DNA of 64,000 nt from Burkholderiales bacterium (lineage in GTDB: Bacteria > Pseudomonadota > Gammaproteobacteria > Burkholderiales > SG8-41), in NCBI GenBank assembly GCA_035649495.1, contig DASRJL010000014.1:138-64137 (forward strand), in the 5' to 3' direction. The notes under the pieces were generated by a model. It ran no database searches. It was given only the letters and a program-made list of their open reading frames with translations, and was not told the origin of the DNA. Shown one piece after another: positions 54,976-64,000 of this stretch. The position numbers and the translations under genes are program-made. How positions within the stretch are numbered: the first letter of the stretch is position 1; every line of letters begins with the position of its first letter.

Positions 54976-56034
54976 TCACGGCAGCAGCCGCGCCTCGCGA
55001 TAGCGACGCAGGTAGGCGAGGATCTGCTCCACCGTATCGACCACGCCGTGAAATCCGTGAAGGCGGATTTTCGTCGTGTCCGCGATGTTGTCGTAATCCA
55101 GTCCCCAGAAAAAGTCGGCGAACGGCCACGATGCGACGTCGTGAAGCGCGTTGCGCTTGAGGTCGTGCCGCCGGACGATTCGCTCCCATGCCGGATGCTT
55201 GTCCTTCATCCACTCCGCCAGCCGGAGCGGCCGCACCTCTCCCACCGGGAGGTTGAAATGGGCCGCAATCCGCGGCCATAGCCACTGCCAGCGAAACTGG
55301 CAGCCATCGGTGACGTTGTACGCATGGTTCCGCGCCTGCGGACTCGTAGCCATCCACGCGATGGCGCGCGCGAGGTGCGTGGCGTCGGTGATCTCGATCA
55401 ACGCGGCGTAGCAGCCGGGAGCGCCGGGGAAATCGAGCGGCAATCCGTACTCAGCGCACATCGCCGCCCACGCCCCGACCGTCGAAACGATGTTACGCGG
55501 GCGTTCCGGCGCGAAGTCGTAGACGAAGTGAGGGCGCGACGCGGACCAGGTCCAGCCCCGGGTTTCGCATCGCTCGCGCAGAAGATCTTCCTGGTCATAA
55601 TAGAAGTTGGGCGGCATGTGCCGGGGATCGTCCTCGCGCGTGGGCGTTCGCGGCGGCCTCAACCGGACGTCGTACCACTTCTGGCCCTCGACCAGGTGGA
55701 CGTGCTCGAGCCCCGGCGCGGCGGCCTCCGCCGCATCGACCACGTTCCGCAGCATCGCCACGTTGCGTTCCACGTCCTCCACGCCTCCCTCGCCGAACTC
55801 CGCGCGGGCCGTGTAGAAGAGATGGGTGACGCCCTTCGCGCTCGCGAGGGCGCGCGTGCAGCCTTCCCGGTCCAGCAGGTCGGCGCGCACGTACGAGAGC
55901 CGCGGGTCGTTCGACGTTCCGGGCGGATGGCGCGACAGCCCGATGACCTGCCAGCCGTCCTCGAGCAGCACGTCGACCAGCCTCTTGGAGGCTGCGCCCG
56001 TGGCGCCGGCGATCAGTGCGGTTTTCGACGTCAT
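54976..56034 (-). CDS. NAD-dependent epimerase/dehydratase-like SDR
   Basis: ALIAGATGAASKRLV Rossmann motif. Extended SDR length. Confidence 0.8.
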   Translation of the reverse strand: MTSKTALIAGATGAASKRLVDVLLEDGWQVIGLSRHPPGTSNDPRLSYVRADLLDREGCTRALASAKGVTHLFYTARAEFGEGGVEDVERNVAMLRNVVDAAEAAAPGLEHVHLVEGQKWYDVRLRPPRTPTREDDPRHMPPNFYYDQEDLLRERCETRGWTWSASRPHFVYDFAPERPRNIVSTVGAWAAMCAEYGLPLDFPGAPGCYAALIEITDATHLARAIAWMATSPQARNHAYNVTDGCQFRWQWLWPRIAAHFNLPVGEVRPLRLAEWMKDKHPAWERIVRRHDLKRNALHDVASWPFADFFWGLDYDNIADTTKIRLHGFHGVVDTVEQILAYLRRYREARLLP

Positions 56035-56050
56035 CGTTCTTGGAAACCCG

Positions 56051-56154
56051 TTATTGCCGCAGAAAACGGGGCTTCAAACATCAAATTACCTCAGTTTCGG
56101 GAACATAGCGCTCACATATCAAACGCTTACCGGGGTCAGACCCCAGGAATGATT
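56051..56154. repeat. element family D, copy 2
   Basis: TTGCCGCAGAAAAC ... AAACATCAAATTA ... CCGGGGTCAGACCCCAGGAATGATT. The palindrome contains the stop codon of 56136..56564. Confidence 0.55.
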
Positions 56155-56564
56155 CTCGGCGCGTCCTGGGCTTCGATGAAGGCCTTGCGAAAAGCGATGG
56201 GATTCGAGATGCCCGGGATGGGCGCATGCGATGTGCCGGTTCCCGAGATGACAAGCGTGCCGTAACCCAGGATGCGCCCCATCACGCTCTGGTCGACCTG
56301 GATGCTCTCCACCTTGTTGATGTTGAGCTCCACGGTCCGTCGGCTGATGAAGCCGAACTTGGCGATAACGCGCCGTGTCGTGATCGCAAGCTCCGTGGTC
56401 TTGTACTTGATGTACGCGATGATGAGAAAGATCAAGCCTATGCCGAACGCGGGCAGCAGAATGATGCCGAGCGCGATGTATCCCCATAGCGACCACAGGC
56501 TGATGTGGCCGACATGAACCACGCGCTCGTCCTTGATCAGTGCGCCTTCGACATAACTCGTCAT
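56136..56564 (-). CDS. membrane PH-domain (bPH_2/YdbS-like) protein
   Basis: Two TM segments followed by TTELAITTRRVIAKFGFISRRTVELNINKVESI, as in bacterial PH domains. Confidence 0.75.
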   Translation of the reverse strand: MTSYVEGALIKDERVVHVGHISLWSLWGYIALGIILLPAFGIGLIFLIIAYIKYKTTELAITTRRVIAKFGFISRRTVELNINKVESIQVDQSVMGRILGYGTLVISGTGTSHAPIPGISNPIAFRKAFIEAQDAPRIIPGV

Positions 56565-56694
56565 GTACTGCCTCCTGACTGTGCGGTCGGCGGGGAGATC
56601 GGAGGAATTCTACATGGCAAGCACGTTCCGGCGTGGCTCCTCTCTCCTCCCTCCGCTCCCATCTCTCCTCTCTTTTCACTGGTATTATCCGCGC

Positions 56695-57483
56695 ATGCCC
56701 CGCGTCGTCGCGCTCTATCGCTACCCGGTCAAGGGCTTCACGCCTGAAGCGTGCGAGGCCCTGACGGCGTTGCCCGAGGGGCGTATCGCCGGCGACCGCG
56801 CGCTGGGATTCCGCTTCGCAGACTCGCCGGCGCCGGACGCGGCGTGGAGCAGGAAACACGAATTCGTCGCGCTGGTGAACACGCCCGGCCTCGCCCGGCT
56901 GCAGCTGAGCTACGATCACAATGCGCGGCGGCTCCGCATCCGTCGGGACGGCGCGATGCTCGTCGAAGCCGGGCTCGATCCGCAAGGCCGCGATCGCCTG
57001 ACGGCGGCCCTTGCGGAGTTCGTGCTGAAGCTCGAAGAAAACCCCCTTTCCGGCCGTCCCGAGCGGCTGCCGCTGCGCCTGGTCGGCGATGGCGCCTCGC
57101 CCCGCTACCAGGACAGCGAGTCGGGACAGATCACGCTGCACAGCCGCGAGAGCCTGGCAGCCGTCGCGGCGGCTGCCGGCGATTCCGCGCTCGCCGAAGC
57201 GCGCTTTCGCTCGAACATCGCCATCGAAGGCGTGAAAGCGTGGGAGGAGCACGACTGGTTCGGACGCAGGATACGGATCGGCAAGGTGGAATTCGACGTG
57301 GTGAGGCACAAGACGCGCTGCCTCGCCACGCACGCGAACCCGCGCACCGGCGAGCGCGACCTGCCTTTGATGACGATCCTCAAGAGCGCTTTCACACAGG
57401 AGCAACCGACACTCGCGGTTGGGATGGTGACGAGCGGCGCGGGCGGGGAGATACGGGTCGGCGATGACGTCGCCGTCATTTGA
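56695..57483 (+). CDS. MOSC-domain protein
   Basis: Start at MPRVVALYRYPVKG, typical of the MOSC N-terminal beta-barrel. C-terminal RCLATHANP. Confidence 0.8.
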   Translation: MPRVVALYRYPVKGFTPEACEALTALPEGRIAGDRALGFRFADSPAPDAAWSRKHEFVALVNTPGLARLQLSYDHNARRLRIRRDGAMLVEAGLDPQGRDRLTAALAEFVLKLEENPLSGRPERLPLRLVGDGASPRYQDSESGQITLHSRESLAAVAAAAGDSALAEARFRSNIAIEGVKAWEEHDWFGRRIRIGKVEFDVVRHKTRCLATHANPRTGERDLPLMTILKSAFTQEQPTLAVGMVTSGAGGEIRVGDDVAVI

Positions 57484-57581
57484 TGGGGTCATGCATTATG
57501 GATCGTGCGTGCAGGTGATTCGCGTCACCTTACGTCAATGCTTTACGCCTGACCCCTGACGGCTTTATCACGGAGGCAACA

Positions 57582-58136
57582 ATGAAAGTTCATGAACTCG
57601 TGGCGCGTTTCGCAGCCGCGGCGGAAAGCGCGGATCCCATGGGTTCGGCGCGGCAGGTGCTGGAAAGTCTGAAGGATGACCTCGGCACGATCGAGAGCAC
57701 TCTGGCTTATATCTCGGGCGTCGGCGGTAATGCGCGACAGGTCTTCTACCGCTCGACCAGCCTCACGCTGCTCAAGGTGTGCTTCCCAAGCGGCCGGCGC
57801 ACCCCGCCGCACGACCATGGCACCTGGGCGCAGATCCTGGTCCTTTCGGGAGAGGAAAAGAACACGCTCTACCGGCGCGACAACGGCGCGCTGCGCAAGG
57901 CGAGCGAGGTAACGCTCACGCGCGGGACGATCCTGCCGATGCGGGCGGAGACCGCGCACGTCGCCGAATGCATAGGCAGCGCGCCCGCGATCGGCCTGCA
58001 TGTCTACGGCGGCGACATCCTCGAGCTGCCGCGCCGCATGTGGAACCCCGAGACGCTGGAGGAGCACCCGCTCGACTGGACGCAGTACGAGACCTTCGCC
58101 CGCGTCGCCTCGAAAGCGGCCAGCGCGCCGCAGTAG
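57582..58136 (+). CDS. cupin-fold protein (cysteine dioxygenase-like)
   Basis: GGAGG RBS. FPSGRRTPPHDHGTWAQILVLSG is a cupin metal-binding motif. Confidence 0.6.
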   Translation: MKVHELVARFAAAAESADPMGSARQVLESLKDDLGTIESTLAYISGVGGNARQVFYRSTSLTLLKVCFPSGRRTPPHDHGTWAQILVLSGEEKNTLYRRDNGALRKASEVTLTRGTILPMRAETAHVAECIGSAPAIGLHVYGGDILELPRRMWNPETLEEHPLDWTQYETFARVASKAASAPQ

Positions 58137-58145
58137 AACCTGGCG

Positions 58146-59204
58146 CTACTTCGCTGCCGCTTGCGCCGCCTGCTGCTCCAACCTCAACTGCGCCGCGCGC
58201 GCGCAGCCCTGCATGGCGAGCAGGTAGCGCTGCACTGCCTCGCTTCCCAGCTCGTACGGATGCGGCCCCTTGCCGCGGCTGGCCAGCATTCGGTTCTTCG
58301 CGACGGCATTGTCGAACTCGGAATGATTCGAGATGATGACCGTCGCCTTGGCGGCGGCTGCCTGCGCGGCGAAGTGCCGCTGCGAGTCGATATAGGTCTG
58401 GAAATTCCGGATGCCCGGGTCCGGCGTGTTGTTCACGAAATTGAACGCCGTGCCGCCCGAATACGCCACGCTGACCGGCCGGCCACGGTCCAGTACCGTG
58501 AAGGTGTAGGACAGCGTGCCCGGCGTATGGCCGGGCGTCAGCCAGGTCCTCACGCTCGCCTCGCCCAGCGTGATTTCCATTCCGTCGGTCGCCACCATGT
58601 CGCGCTTCGGCGCCATCGTCTTGTAGCGGTTGGGATACTTTTCGACGAGGTCCCAGTCGGCCACGCCCATAACGACCCGCATGCCGTAGCGCTTCTGCAT
58701 CATCTCGGCGCCGCCGATGTGGTCGCCGTGCGCGTGGGAGATCAGCATGTACTTGATGTTCTTCGGGTCGAGACCGAGTTTCTGCATCCCGCCGATGATC
58801 AGCTCCTCGGAGTTGTAAGGGTAGATCGTGTCGAAGAGGATGATTCCTTCCTTCGTCGTCAAGGCCCAGGCCGAGTGCACCTTGCCGCCGACGAAGTAGA
58901 AGTTGTCGAACACTTTGGCAGGCTCGGCGTACCAGAACTCGCGCGGCGGGACCAGCGCCGGGTTCGCGATATAGGGCGGCACGGTGTCGCTGGTGTCTAC
59001 CCCGCCGCTCTGGGGCAGCAGACAGATGCGCGCCAGGGTCCCGGTGAAGTCGAACCCGGCGGCGTCCTTGGCCGATTGCAGCGCGGCCCGGATCTCCGCC
59101 TCGAAGTTTCTCCCGGCCGGCGCCTGCTGCGCGTGCATGCCGCTCGCGGCGAGACCTCCGACGACACCGAATGCCAATGCGATTCCAGCTGCGCGACGTT
59201 TCAT
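58146..59204 (-). CDS. MBL-fold metallo-hydrolase (secreted)
   Basis: Signal peptide and ISHAHGDHIGG motif. Confidence 0.85.
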   Translation of the reverse strand: MKRRAAGIALAFGVVGGLAASGMHAQQAPAGRNFEAEIRAALQSAKDAAGFDFTGTLARICLLPQSGGVDTSDTVPPYIANPALVPPREFWYAEPAKVFDNFYFVGGKVHSAWALTTKEGIILFDTIYPYNSEELIIGGMQKLGLDPKNIKYMLISHAHGDHIGGAEMMQKRYGMRVVMGVADWDLVEKYPNRYKTMAPKRDMVATDGMEITLGEASVRTWLTPGHTPGTLSYTFTVLDRGRPVSVAYSGGTAFNFVNNTPDPGIRNFQTYIDSQRHFAAQAAAAKATVIISNHSEFDNAVAKNRMLASRGKGPHPYELGSEAVQRYLLAMQGCARAAQLRLEQQAAQAAAK

Positions 59205-59255
59205 AATTGCCCCTCTCCTCCCTTCTTTCTCCGTGTCTTGGCCGTAAATCCTATT

Positions 59256-60083
59256 CTATTGCGATTTCCCGACCTCGTTGAACGCCGCTCCGAACAGGAA
59301 CACCTGCACGGCAAAGTAAATCCACATCACCAGCACCACGAGACCGCCGGCGGCGCCGTAGGCATCGGCGAAAGCGGCGCGCCCCAGGTACAGCCCGAGG
59401 AGTTCCTTGCCCACCTCCAGCAGAACCGCAGCGAGCACCGCGCCGCCCCAAACGCGCCGCCACGCCTCGCGCTGCGACGGCAGCCATCTCATCAGCATGC
59501 CGAAGAGCGCGCTGAGGATAGCGAGCGATAGCAGCAGGTTGAGGGCGATCGCCAGCAAGCCGAGCACCGGAAACATTGCCGTCAGCCAGCCTCCCATCGC
59601 CGAGATGACCGCGCTTGCGATGAGCGAAACCAGGAGAAGAAAGCCGACGGCTAGCACGAGCGCCAGGGACCAGAGCCGTCCGCGGACGAACCACGACACG
59701 AAGCTGTCGCGTCCGCGCGTGGTGCCGTGGATCGCGTCAAGGGCGTAGCGCAGCTCGACGAACACGCCGCTGGCGCCCACGAAAAGCGCGACAGCGCTCG
59801 TGATGCCCGCCCACGGTCCCTTGTCGGAAGCCTTTGCCGCCGCGTCGATCATGGTTTCCACCGAGCTTGCCGCGCCGCTGCCCAGGAGCTCTTCCAGCTG
59901 GTCCAGAAACTCCCTGCGGGCAAAGCCCGCGTCCACGAACATGCCGGCGACCATGACCACCATCAACACGAGAGGGGTAATGGAGAAGATGGCGTAGAAA
60001 GCGACCGCCGCCCCCAGCCTTGGCGCCTGGTGGTCGCTCCAGAGGTCGACCGCCGACTTGAATCGCCGCAAAACGGATTTCAC
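59256..60083 (-). CDS. YihY/BrkB-family membrane protein
   Basis: Multi-TM profile and the N-terminal SDHQAPRLGAAVAFYAIFSITPLV pattern. Confidence 0.85.
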   Translation of the reverse strand: MKSVLRRFKSAVDLWSDHQAPRLGAAVAFYAIFSITPLVLMVVMVAGMFVDAGFARREFLDQLEELLGSGAASSVETMIDAAAKASDKGPWAGITSAVALFVGASGVFVELRYALDAIHGTTRGRDSFVSWFVRGRLWSLALVLAVGFLLLVSLIASAVISAMGGWLTAMFPVLGLLAIALNLLLSLAILSALFGMLMRWLPSQREAWRRVWGGAVLAAVLLEVGKELLGLYLGRAAFADAYGAAGGLVVLVMWIYFAVQVFLFGAAFNEVGKSQ

Positions 60084-60249
60084 ATGGCGTCAGACCGGCA
60101 TCCCGGGAACATGTTTCAGCACAGCGTGAATCCGGCCATCCTTGTCAGACTTTGTCCGACGGATCCATCGGGAGCCTGTCGGGAGAACCACTCACGCTGG
60201 ATTCGCGTCGTCTTCGACGCAGTGGTTAAGCCTCAACATGCAGCGCGAG

Positions 60250-60480
60250 TCACGTACGCCATGGTGCAATCAACTCGCGCCAGGTAAGCAAACGTGACCG
60301 AGCGGCGACGCGTAACCAAAGGCAACCATACACGATCGCACCCATTGCCACGATGACCATGACAACTTGCGCATGGCCGAGACCGACAACGAGACCCGCG
60401 GCACCCCCGCCCAACCACACTATGGCAAGCGCAAAAGCGACCGCTCGATTGACGCCGGAGAGGTTGCCGCGAATGGTCAT
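60250..60480 (-). CDS. small hypothetical membrane protein
   Basis: Two hydrophobic segments. No family recognised. Confidence 0.4.
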   Translation of the reverse strand: MTIRGNLSGVNRAVAFALAIVWLGGGAAGLVVGLGHAQVVMVIVAMGAIVYGCLWLRVAARSRLLTWRELIAPWRT

Positions 60481-60489
60481 TGTTGGGGC

Positions 60490-60993
60490 CTAACGCCGGC
60501 GCCAAGAGGCGCGCGGTTCTTCCGCGCGTCCTTCTTGAGCGCGTTGTTCGGCAACTGAAAGTACATTGGAACGCCAGGATTCAGTAACGCGGCCAATCGA
60601 CGAAATGCCCATCCGCGCAAGAGGGCGAGTATCTTGGCTAAAGCTACAGCAGAAGAACCGCTGATTTACAGCGGTCATAGTGGCATGAAAGGGCGTTTGC
60701 TCTTTATTCAAATTGAATGCAACTTTAACGAGGGTAACCTCTCCCGACTTGATTGGTAGCGGCGGCAACCCATCACGGGTGACCTTACCTCGAACCTTCT
60801 TGTAAAAATTCAGCGCCCGGCCGTCGTGCTCGCGCTGCACGAGGTTGTATTGATCCATTTGACCGAGAAGCGGAAAGCGCAGAGTCGTTGGCAGGTTTTC
60901 CAATAGTTTGGCAACGATCGCCAGCTCGAACGGATTTAAAGAGACCCCACCCCATAAAAGTCTTGTGAACACATTTCCGTATTGAGTCTTCAT
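60490..60993 (-). CDS. hypothetical protein (167 aa)
   Basis: Lower-GC ORF with coding-like composition. No family recognised. Confidence 0.5.
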   Translation of the reverse strand: MKTQYGNVFTRLLWGGVSLNPFELAIVAKLLENLPTTLRFPLLGQMDQYNLVQREHDGRALNFYKKVRGKVTRDGLPPLPIKSGEVTLVKVAFNLNKEQTPFHATMTAVNQRFFCCSFSQDTRPLARMGISSIGRVTESWRSNVLSVAEQRAQEGRAEEPRASWRRR

Positions 60994-61198
60994 TCTATGG
61001 CGCCGAACAGTTAATGGGTCGACGAAATTCGACCTATCACGCTAATGATGCGCTCGATCGACGTCAAGATTGAATCAAATCATCGTGAATCGGATCCAGA
61101 GGCCGGACATGCCGACAGGACCCGGCCAGTTGCTCGCAGGAACGAGGGCAGTCTCTGTTTTCGCATCCGACTCTCTGAGTATCTTTCCGCTATTTCTT

Positions 61199-62407
61199 CT
61201 AGAACCCGAACAGGCTTGCGTCTTCGGCCCTCGCGAGCCCCTGCGCGGCGCGCAGCAGGCACAACTGGTTCGTCCCGTCCGAGTGCAGGAAGCTCGACGC
61301 GTCGCGCAGGTACTTCTCGACGGGGTGCTCGTGCATGATCGAGGCGCCGCCCAGCACCTCTCCCGCCAGCCTGCACGCCTCGAACGCCGTCTCCGACGCG
61401 TTGACCTTGGCGAGCAGCCCCAGCACGCGCGCCTCGGGCCGCCTGCGGTCCGCGAGCCAGGCCGCCTTCCAGATCTGCGTGCGGGCCGCGTCGAGCTTCA
61501 TCGCCATCTGCGCAAGCAGCATGGCCACCGCCTGCTGCTCGGCGATGGGCTTGCCGCCCTGCACGCGGCGTTTCGCGTAGGCCAGCGCATACTCGTAGGC
61601 GGCGCGGCCCACGCCCAGCGCCGTTGCCGCGGCCTCGGCCTTGCTCCCCCACATGAAGTCCGCGCGCAACCGCGCCATGAGGCCTTCCCCGCCCAGCAGG
61701 TTTTCGGCGGGCACGCGGCAGTTCTCGAGGTGGAACGTGCCGTTCGTGGCGAGGCGCTGGCTGCCCTTCTCGTGGAAAAATCCGGCGCGGAAGCCCGGCG
61801 TGTCGGACGGCACGGCGAAGACGCTTCCGCCTTCACGCAGCGAGCGCGACGTATCGGTGCGCGCGATGATGAAATAGAGCTTCGCCATGCCGCCGTTCGA
61901 GACGTAGCGCTTGGTCCCGTTGATGACGTAGCCGTCACCCTCGCGCACCGCGGTCGTGCGGAAGTCGATGTCCGGAGAGTCGTAATACCCCTGGTGGTCC
62001 GAGCCCGCGCCCTCCTCGGTAAAACCGATCGCCAGCGTGGCTTCAGGGTCGGCGACGAAGGGAGGGATGAACCGCTTCTGCTGCCCGGGCGTCATCGCCT
62101 CGCCGAGGATGTGCGCCATCTTCCAGCACTGGTCCATGATGACGGCGAACCCGAGGTCCCCGGCGGCAAGCTCCTCCCCGGCAAGGCACAACGACTGGAT
62201 GTCCGCCCCGGCGCCGCCCCATGCCCTGGCCACGGCGAGCGTGCGCAGTCCTGCCGCGTCGGCCTGCCGGATCCAGTCCCATGGAATGCGCTCAGCGGCC
62301 GTCGGCAACCGGTCGCGCCGCAGCACGTCCGGCTTGATCACCTTCGCGGCGAAGTCGCGCGCGACGGCGCGCCAGTGCTGCTGCTCTTCGGTGAGCGTGA
62401 AGTCCAT
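61199..62407 (-). CDS. acyl-CoA dehydrogenase family protein
   Basis: Three-domain ACAD pattern (FTEEGAGSD, INGTKRYVSNG, and a C-terminal helical domain). Confidence 0.9.
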   Translation of the reverse strand: MDFTLTEEQQHWRAVARDFAAKVIKPDVLRRDRLPTAAERIPWDWIRQADAAGLRTLAVARAWGGAGADIQSLCLAGEELAAGDLGFAVIMDQCWKMAHILGEAMTPGQQKRFIPPFVADPEATLAIGFTEEGAGSDHQGYYDSPDIDFRTTAVREGDGYVINGTKRYVSNGGMAKLYFIIARTDTSRSLREGGSVFAVPSDTPGFRAGFFHEKGSQRLATNGTFHLENCRVPAENLLGGEGLMARLRADFMWGSKAEAAATALGVGRAAYEYALAYAKRRVQGGKPIAEQQAVAMLLAQMAMKLDAARTQIWKAAWLADRRRPEARVLGLLAKVNASETAFEACRLAGEVLGGASIMHEHPVEKYLRDASSFLHSDGTNQLCLLRAAQGLARAEDASLFGF

Positions 62408-62422
62408 CGGGAGTTCCTCGCT

Positions 62423-62508
62423 GTGAGCTATCAGCTATGAGCTATGAGCCATAGGCTATGGGCTACGACTATGCTGTTCAAGCTCACAGCGCACGGCTCA
62501 CAGCGTAC
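62423..62508. repeat. tandem heptamer array (GAGCTAT type) plus a 14-mer direct repeat
   Basis: GAGCTAT CAGCTAT GAGCTAT GAGCCAT AGGCTAT GGGCTAC, followed by GCTCACAGCGCACG GCTCACAGCGTACG. Confidence 0.65.
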
Positions 62509-62516
62509 GGCCCAAC

Positions 62517-62548
62517 AACAAAAAACCCCGCCAGCGGCGGGGTTTTTT
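62517..62548 (-). terminator. rho-independent terminator (usable in both directions)
   Basis: CCCCGCC-AGC-GGCGGGG hairpin at 62526-62542, flanked by an A-run and a T-run. Lies 26 nt downstream of the stop of 62574..62792. Confidence 0.7.
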
Positions 62549-62573
62549 CTGAAATCGTTCTACGTTCCGACGG

Positions 62574-62792
62574 TCACGCCTTTTCGTCGCGTTTCGCCTT
62601 CTTCTTGTTCTCGAGGTACCACATGTAGATGAAGAATCCGACGATCGACCCAACGAACAATATGAGGAACAATGCGACGTACACCACCGGGACACCTTCC
62701 TGCAGTGGTGCGTTTGCAGCATCCTCCATGCTGGCAGCCAGCGCACAGCAGGTCATGAGGAACAGGGGAACCGCGGAAATCAGCTTGCTCAT
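62574..62792 (-). CDS. small membrane protein (signal peptide plus one TM and a Lys-rich tail)
   Basis: MSKLISAVPLFLMTCCALAA ... VVYVALFLILFVGSIVGFFIYMWY ... KKKAKRDEKA. Followed by a terminator. Confidence 0.5.
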   Translation of the reverse strand: MSKLISAVPLFLMTCCALAASMEDAANAPLQEGVPVVYVALFLILFVGSIVGFFIYMWYLENKKKAKRDEKA

Positions 62793-62874
62793 ATCGCTCC
62801 TGGGCGTCTCTGCCAAAATAAAAGAAGGCATTGATTTTCTCATACTTTCCTGCCACTGGCGTACGTCGTCCGCA

Positions 62875-63353
62875 TCATGTCTTAACTCTTTGTAATAATC
62901 CTAGGGTAAACCCTAGTAAATACCCGCTGCGGCGCAGCATTTTCAAGCTATTTTCCACGCTGAAAGCGGCTCCAGTCGACGCGCACACGGCGGTCCGCAC
63001 GCCGTTGATGCTTTCAGCTTCGGACACGACGGTCGCGCCGTCATCAAGCAGCTTCTTCAGCTTGTCGGCTACGACAGGCGCCGCCGCGCCTGCCTTCGCG
63101 GGCGCGTTGCGCACGACGGAGCAGATCTCACGCGCACGCGCGCGCTTGTCCTTGTGCTCCCCCGCTTGCTTGAACATCGCGGCGTGCGCCTCCGACAGGT
63201 AGCCGCGATCTCGTAAAAGGAGCGCGACACCAGCAGCTCGCCCGCGGGACAGAAGCTCATCACCCGCTGCGCGACGTTGATGCCGTCGCCGATGATGTTC
63301 ACCTGGCCGTTCAGGTCGGTGATCAAGGGGATACTCTCGCTGCAGTGCGGCAT
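62875..63353 (-). pseudogene. truncated and frameshifted class III nucleotidyl cyclase fragment
   Basis: LNGQVNIIGDGINVAQRVMSFCPAGELLVSRSFYEI is the C-terminal half of a cyclase homology domain. It continues in another frame as YLSEAHAAMFKQAGEHKDK...ICSVV, with the shift near 63204. The N-terminal half of the domain is absent. Confidence 0.4.
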
Positions 63354-63456
63354 GCGTCTTGGCCCGCGCGGAACTGCACCCGCGTATCCGGTGCCTAAGT
63401 AAAAGATAACAAACCGAGGACGCCGTTTCTTTACCTGGGATGCGGCGGCAAGCGAT

Positions 63457-63747
63457 ATGCGCAACCCATCCGTGAAAGTTTTCACTATTCTGGTCGCTCT
63501 GTTCCTGGCAGGGGGTTGCGTGGCGGCCGACAACCAGTCCGACACGGCTCGCTCTGGCGAGTCGCAATCCGAGTCGCGCTCGGCGACTTCTGCGCCAGTA
63601 CCGCTGCGCGATCAGGCGGCAAAAGACAAGGACAAGCGCGGCAATACTCCGCCGGGGATGGATCGGACCGGCGCGGGCCCGGCGGAGGGCGCCATTCTGG
63701 ACCCGTCCGGAGCGGTCACCAAGCAACCCGTGCTGCGGGAGAGATAG
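63457..63747 (+). CDS. small hypothetical lipoprotein
   Basis: Lipobox ALFLAGGC. The mature part is low-complexity. Confidence 0.45.
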   Translation: MRNPSVKVFTILVALFLAGGCVAADNQSDTARSGESQSESRSATSAPVPLRDQAAKDKDKRGNTPPGMDRTGAGPAEGAILDPSGAVTKQPVLRER

Positions 63748-63847
63748 ATCCATGTAATGCCGGAGCAGGCGCCGCACGCCGGCAGTTCAGGAACTCGCGG
63801 CACTGGCCGCAGCCCAACCTGCGGGAGGGTGCCGGAGGCTGAATACC

Positions 63848-64000
63848 GTGAAGGCAGGCCTGGTCATCCCGGGAACCTTACTGGCGCTCGCGCCGGTCGC
63901 AGCATTCATCGCCTACGCCGCGAGCTCGGCCCTCCCGCCGGGGGCACCCGCATCGACCCCCGTCTTCGATGCCGCGCTCGTGGCAAAGGGCGCCGCGCTG
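63848..64000 (+). CDS. membrane-anchored protein, 3' end outside window (possibly a c-type cytochrome subunit)
   Basis: GGAGG lies 9 nt upstream of GTG 63848. A TM segment is followed by ...DAALVAKGAAL. Too short to assign. Confidence 0.35.
   Translation, partial: MKAGLVIPGTLLALAPVAAFIAYAASSALPPGAPASTPVFDAALVAKGAAL

Overview
This is a GC-rich bacterial chromosomal segment with about 60 protein-coding genes. I recognised no rRNA, tRNA or CRISPR array. Gene content is mostly aerobic catabolism and solute uptake. It includes five Bug/TctC-type periplasmic binding proteins with no TctA/TctB partner in the window, and four adjacent family-III CoA-transferases followed by a thiolase-like/DUF35 pair and a lactonase. 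It also has LLM oxidoreductases, TauD and PhyH dioxygenases, an amidase, a PrpD-like protein, a sulfatase, an FAH hydrolase, an acyl-CoA dehydrogenase, a Ser/Thr kinase-HDOD-GAF protein and a caspase-like protease. Three kinds of non-routine signal stand out. (1) Two genes that the ORF track splits are better read as selenoproteins. In each, an in-frame TGA sits at the first position of a U-x-x-C redox motif and is followed by a hairpin with G-U in its apical loop. One is a UGSC-family protein (49477..50010); the other is a thioredoxin-fold/DinB fusion (6656..7426). (2) The intergenic repeat landscape is unusually dense. It contains a 270-bp MITE-like element (2 copies, one supplying a gene start), a ~140-nt composite palindrome (3 copies), a diverged ~200-nt paralogous intergenic element (2 copies) and a GGGGTCWGACCCC-ended element family. 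It also contains about 20 short tandem heptamer arrays (GTGAC/GTGAT-type), often as inverted arms around a unique core, and several begin at the TGA stop codon of the upstream gene. (3) There are lower-GC patches with uncharacterised genes (19.4-21.6 kb, 7.4-8.4 kb, 60.5-61.0 kb), gene relics (an LLM fragment and a frameshifted nucleotidyl cyclase fragment), and a 600-bp gene-free gap between convergent genes. All functional calls come from motif recognition by eye and nothing was searched against a database. Many long ORFs in the track are antisense shadow ORFs typical of GC-rich DNA and were ignored.
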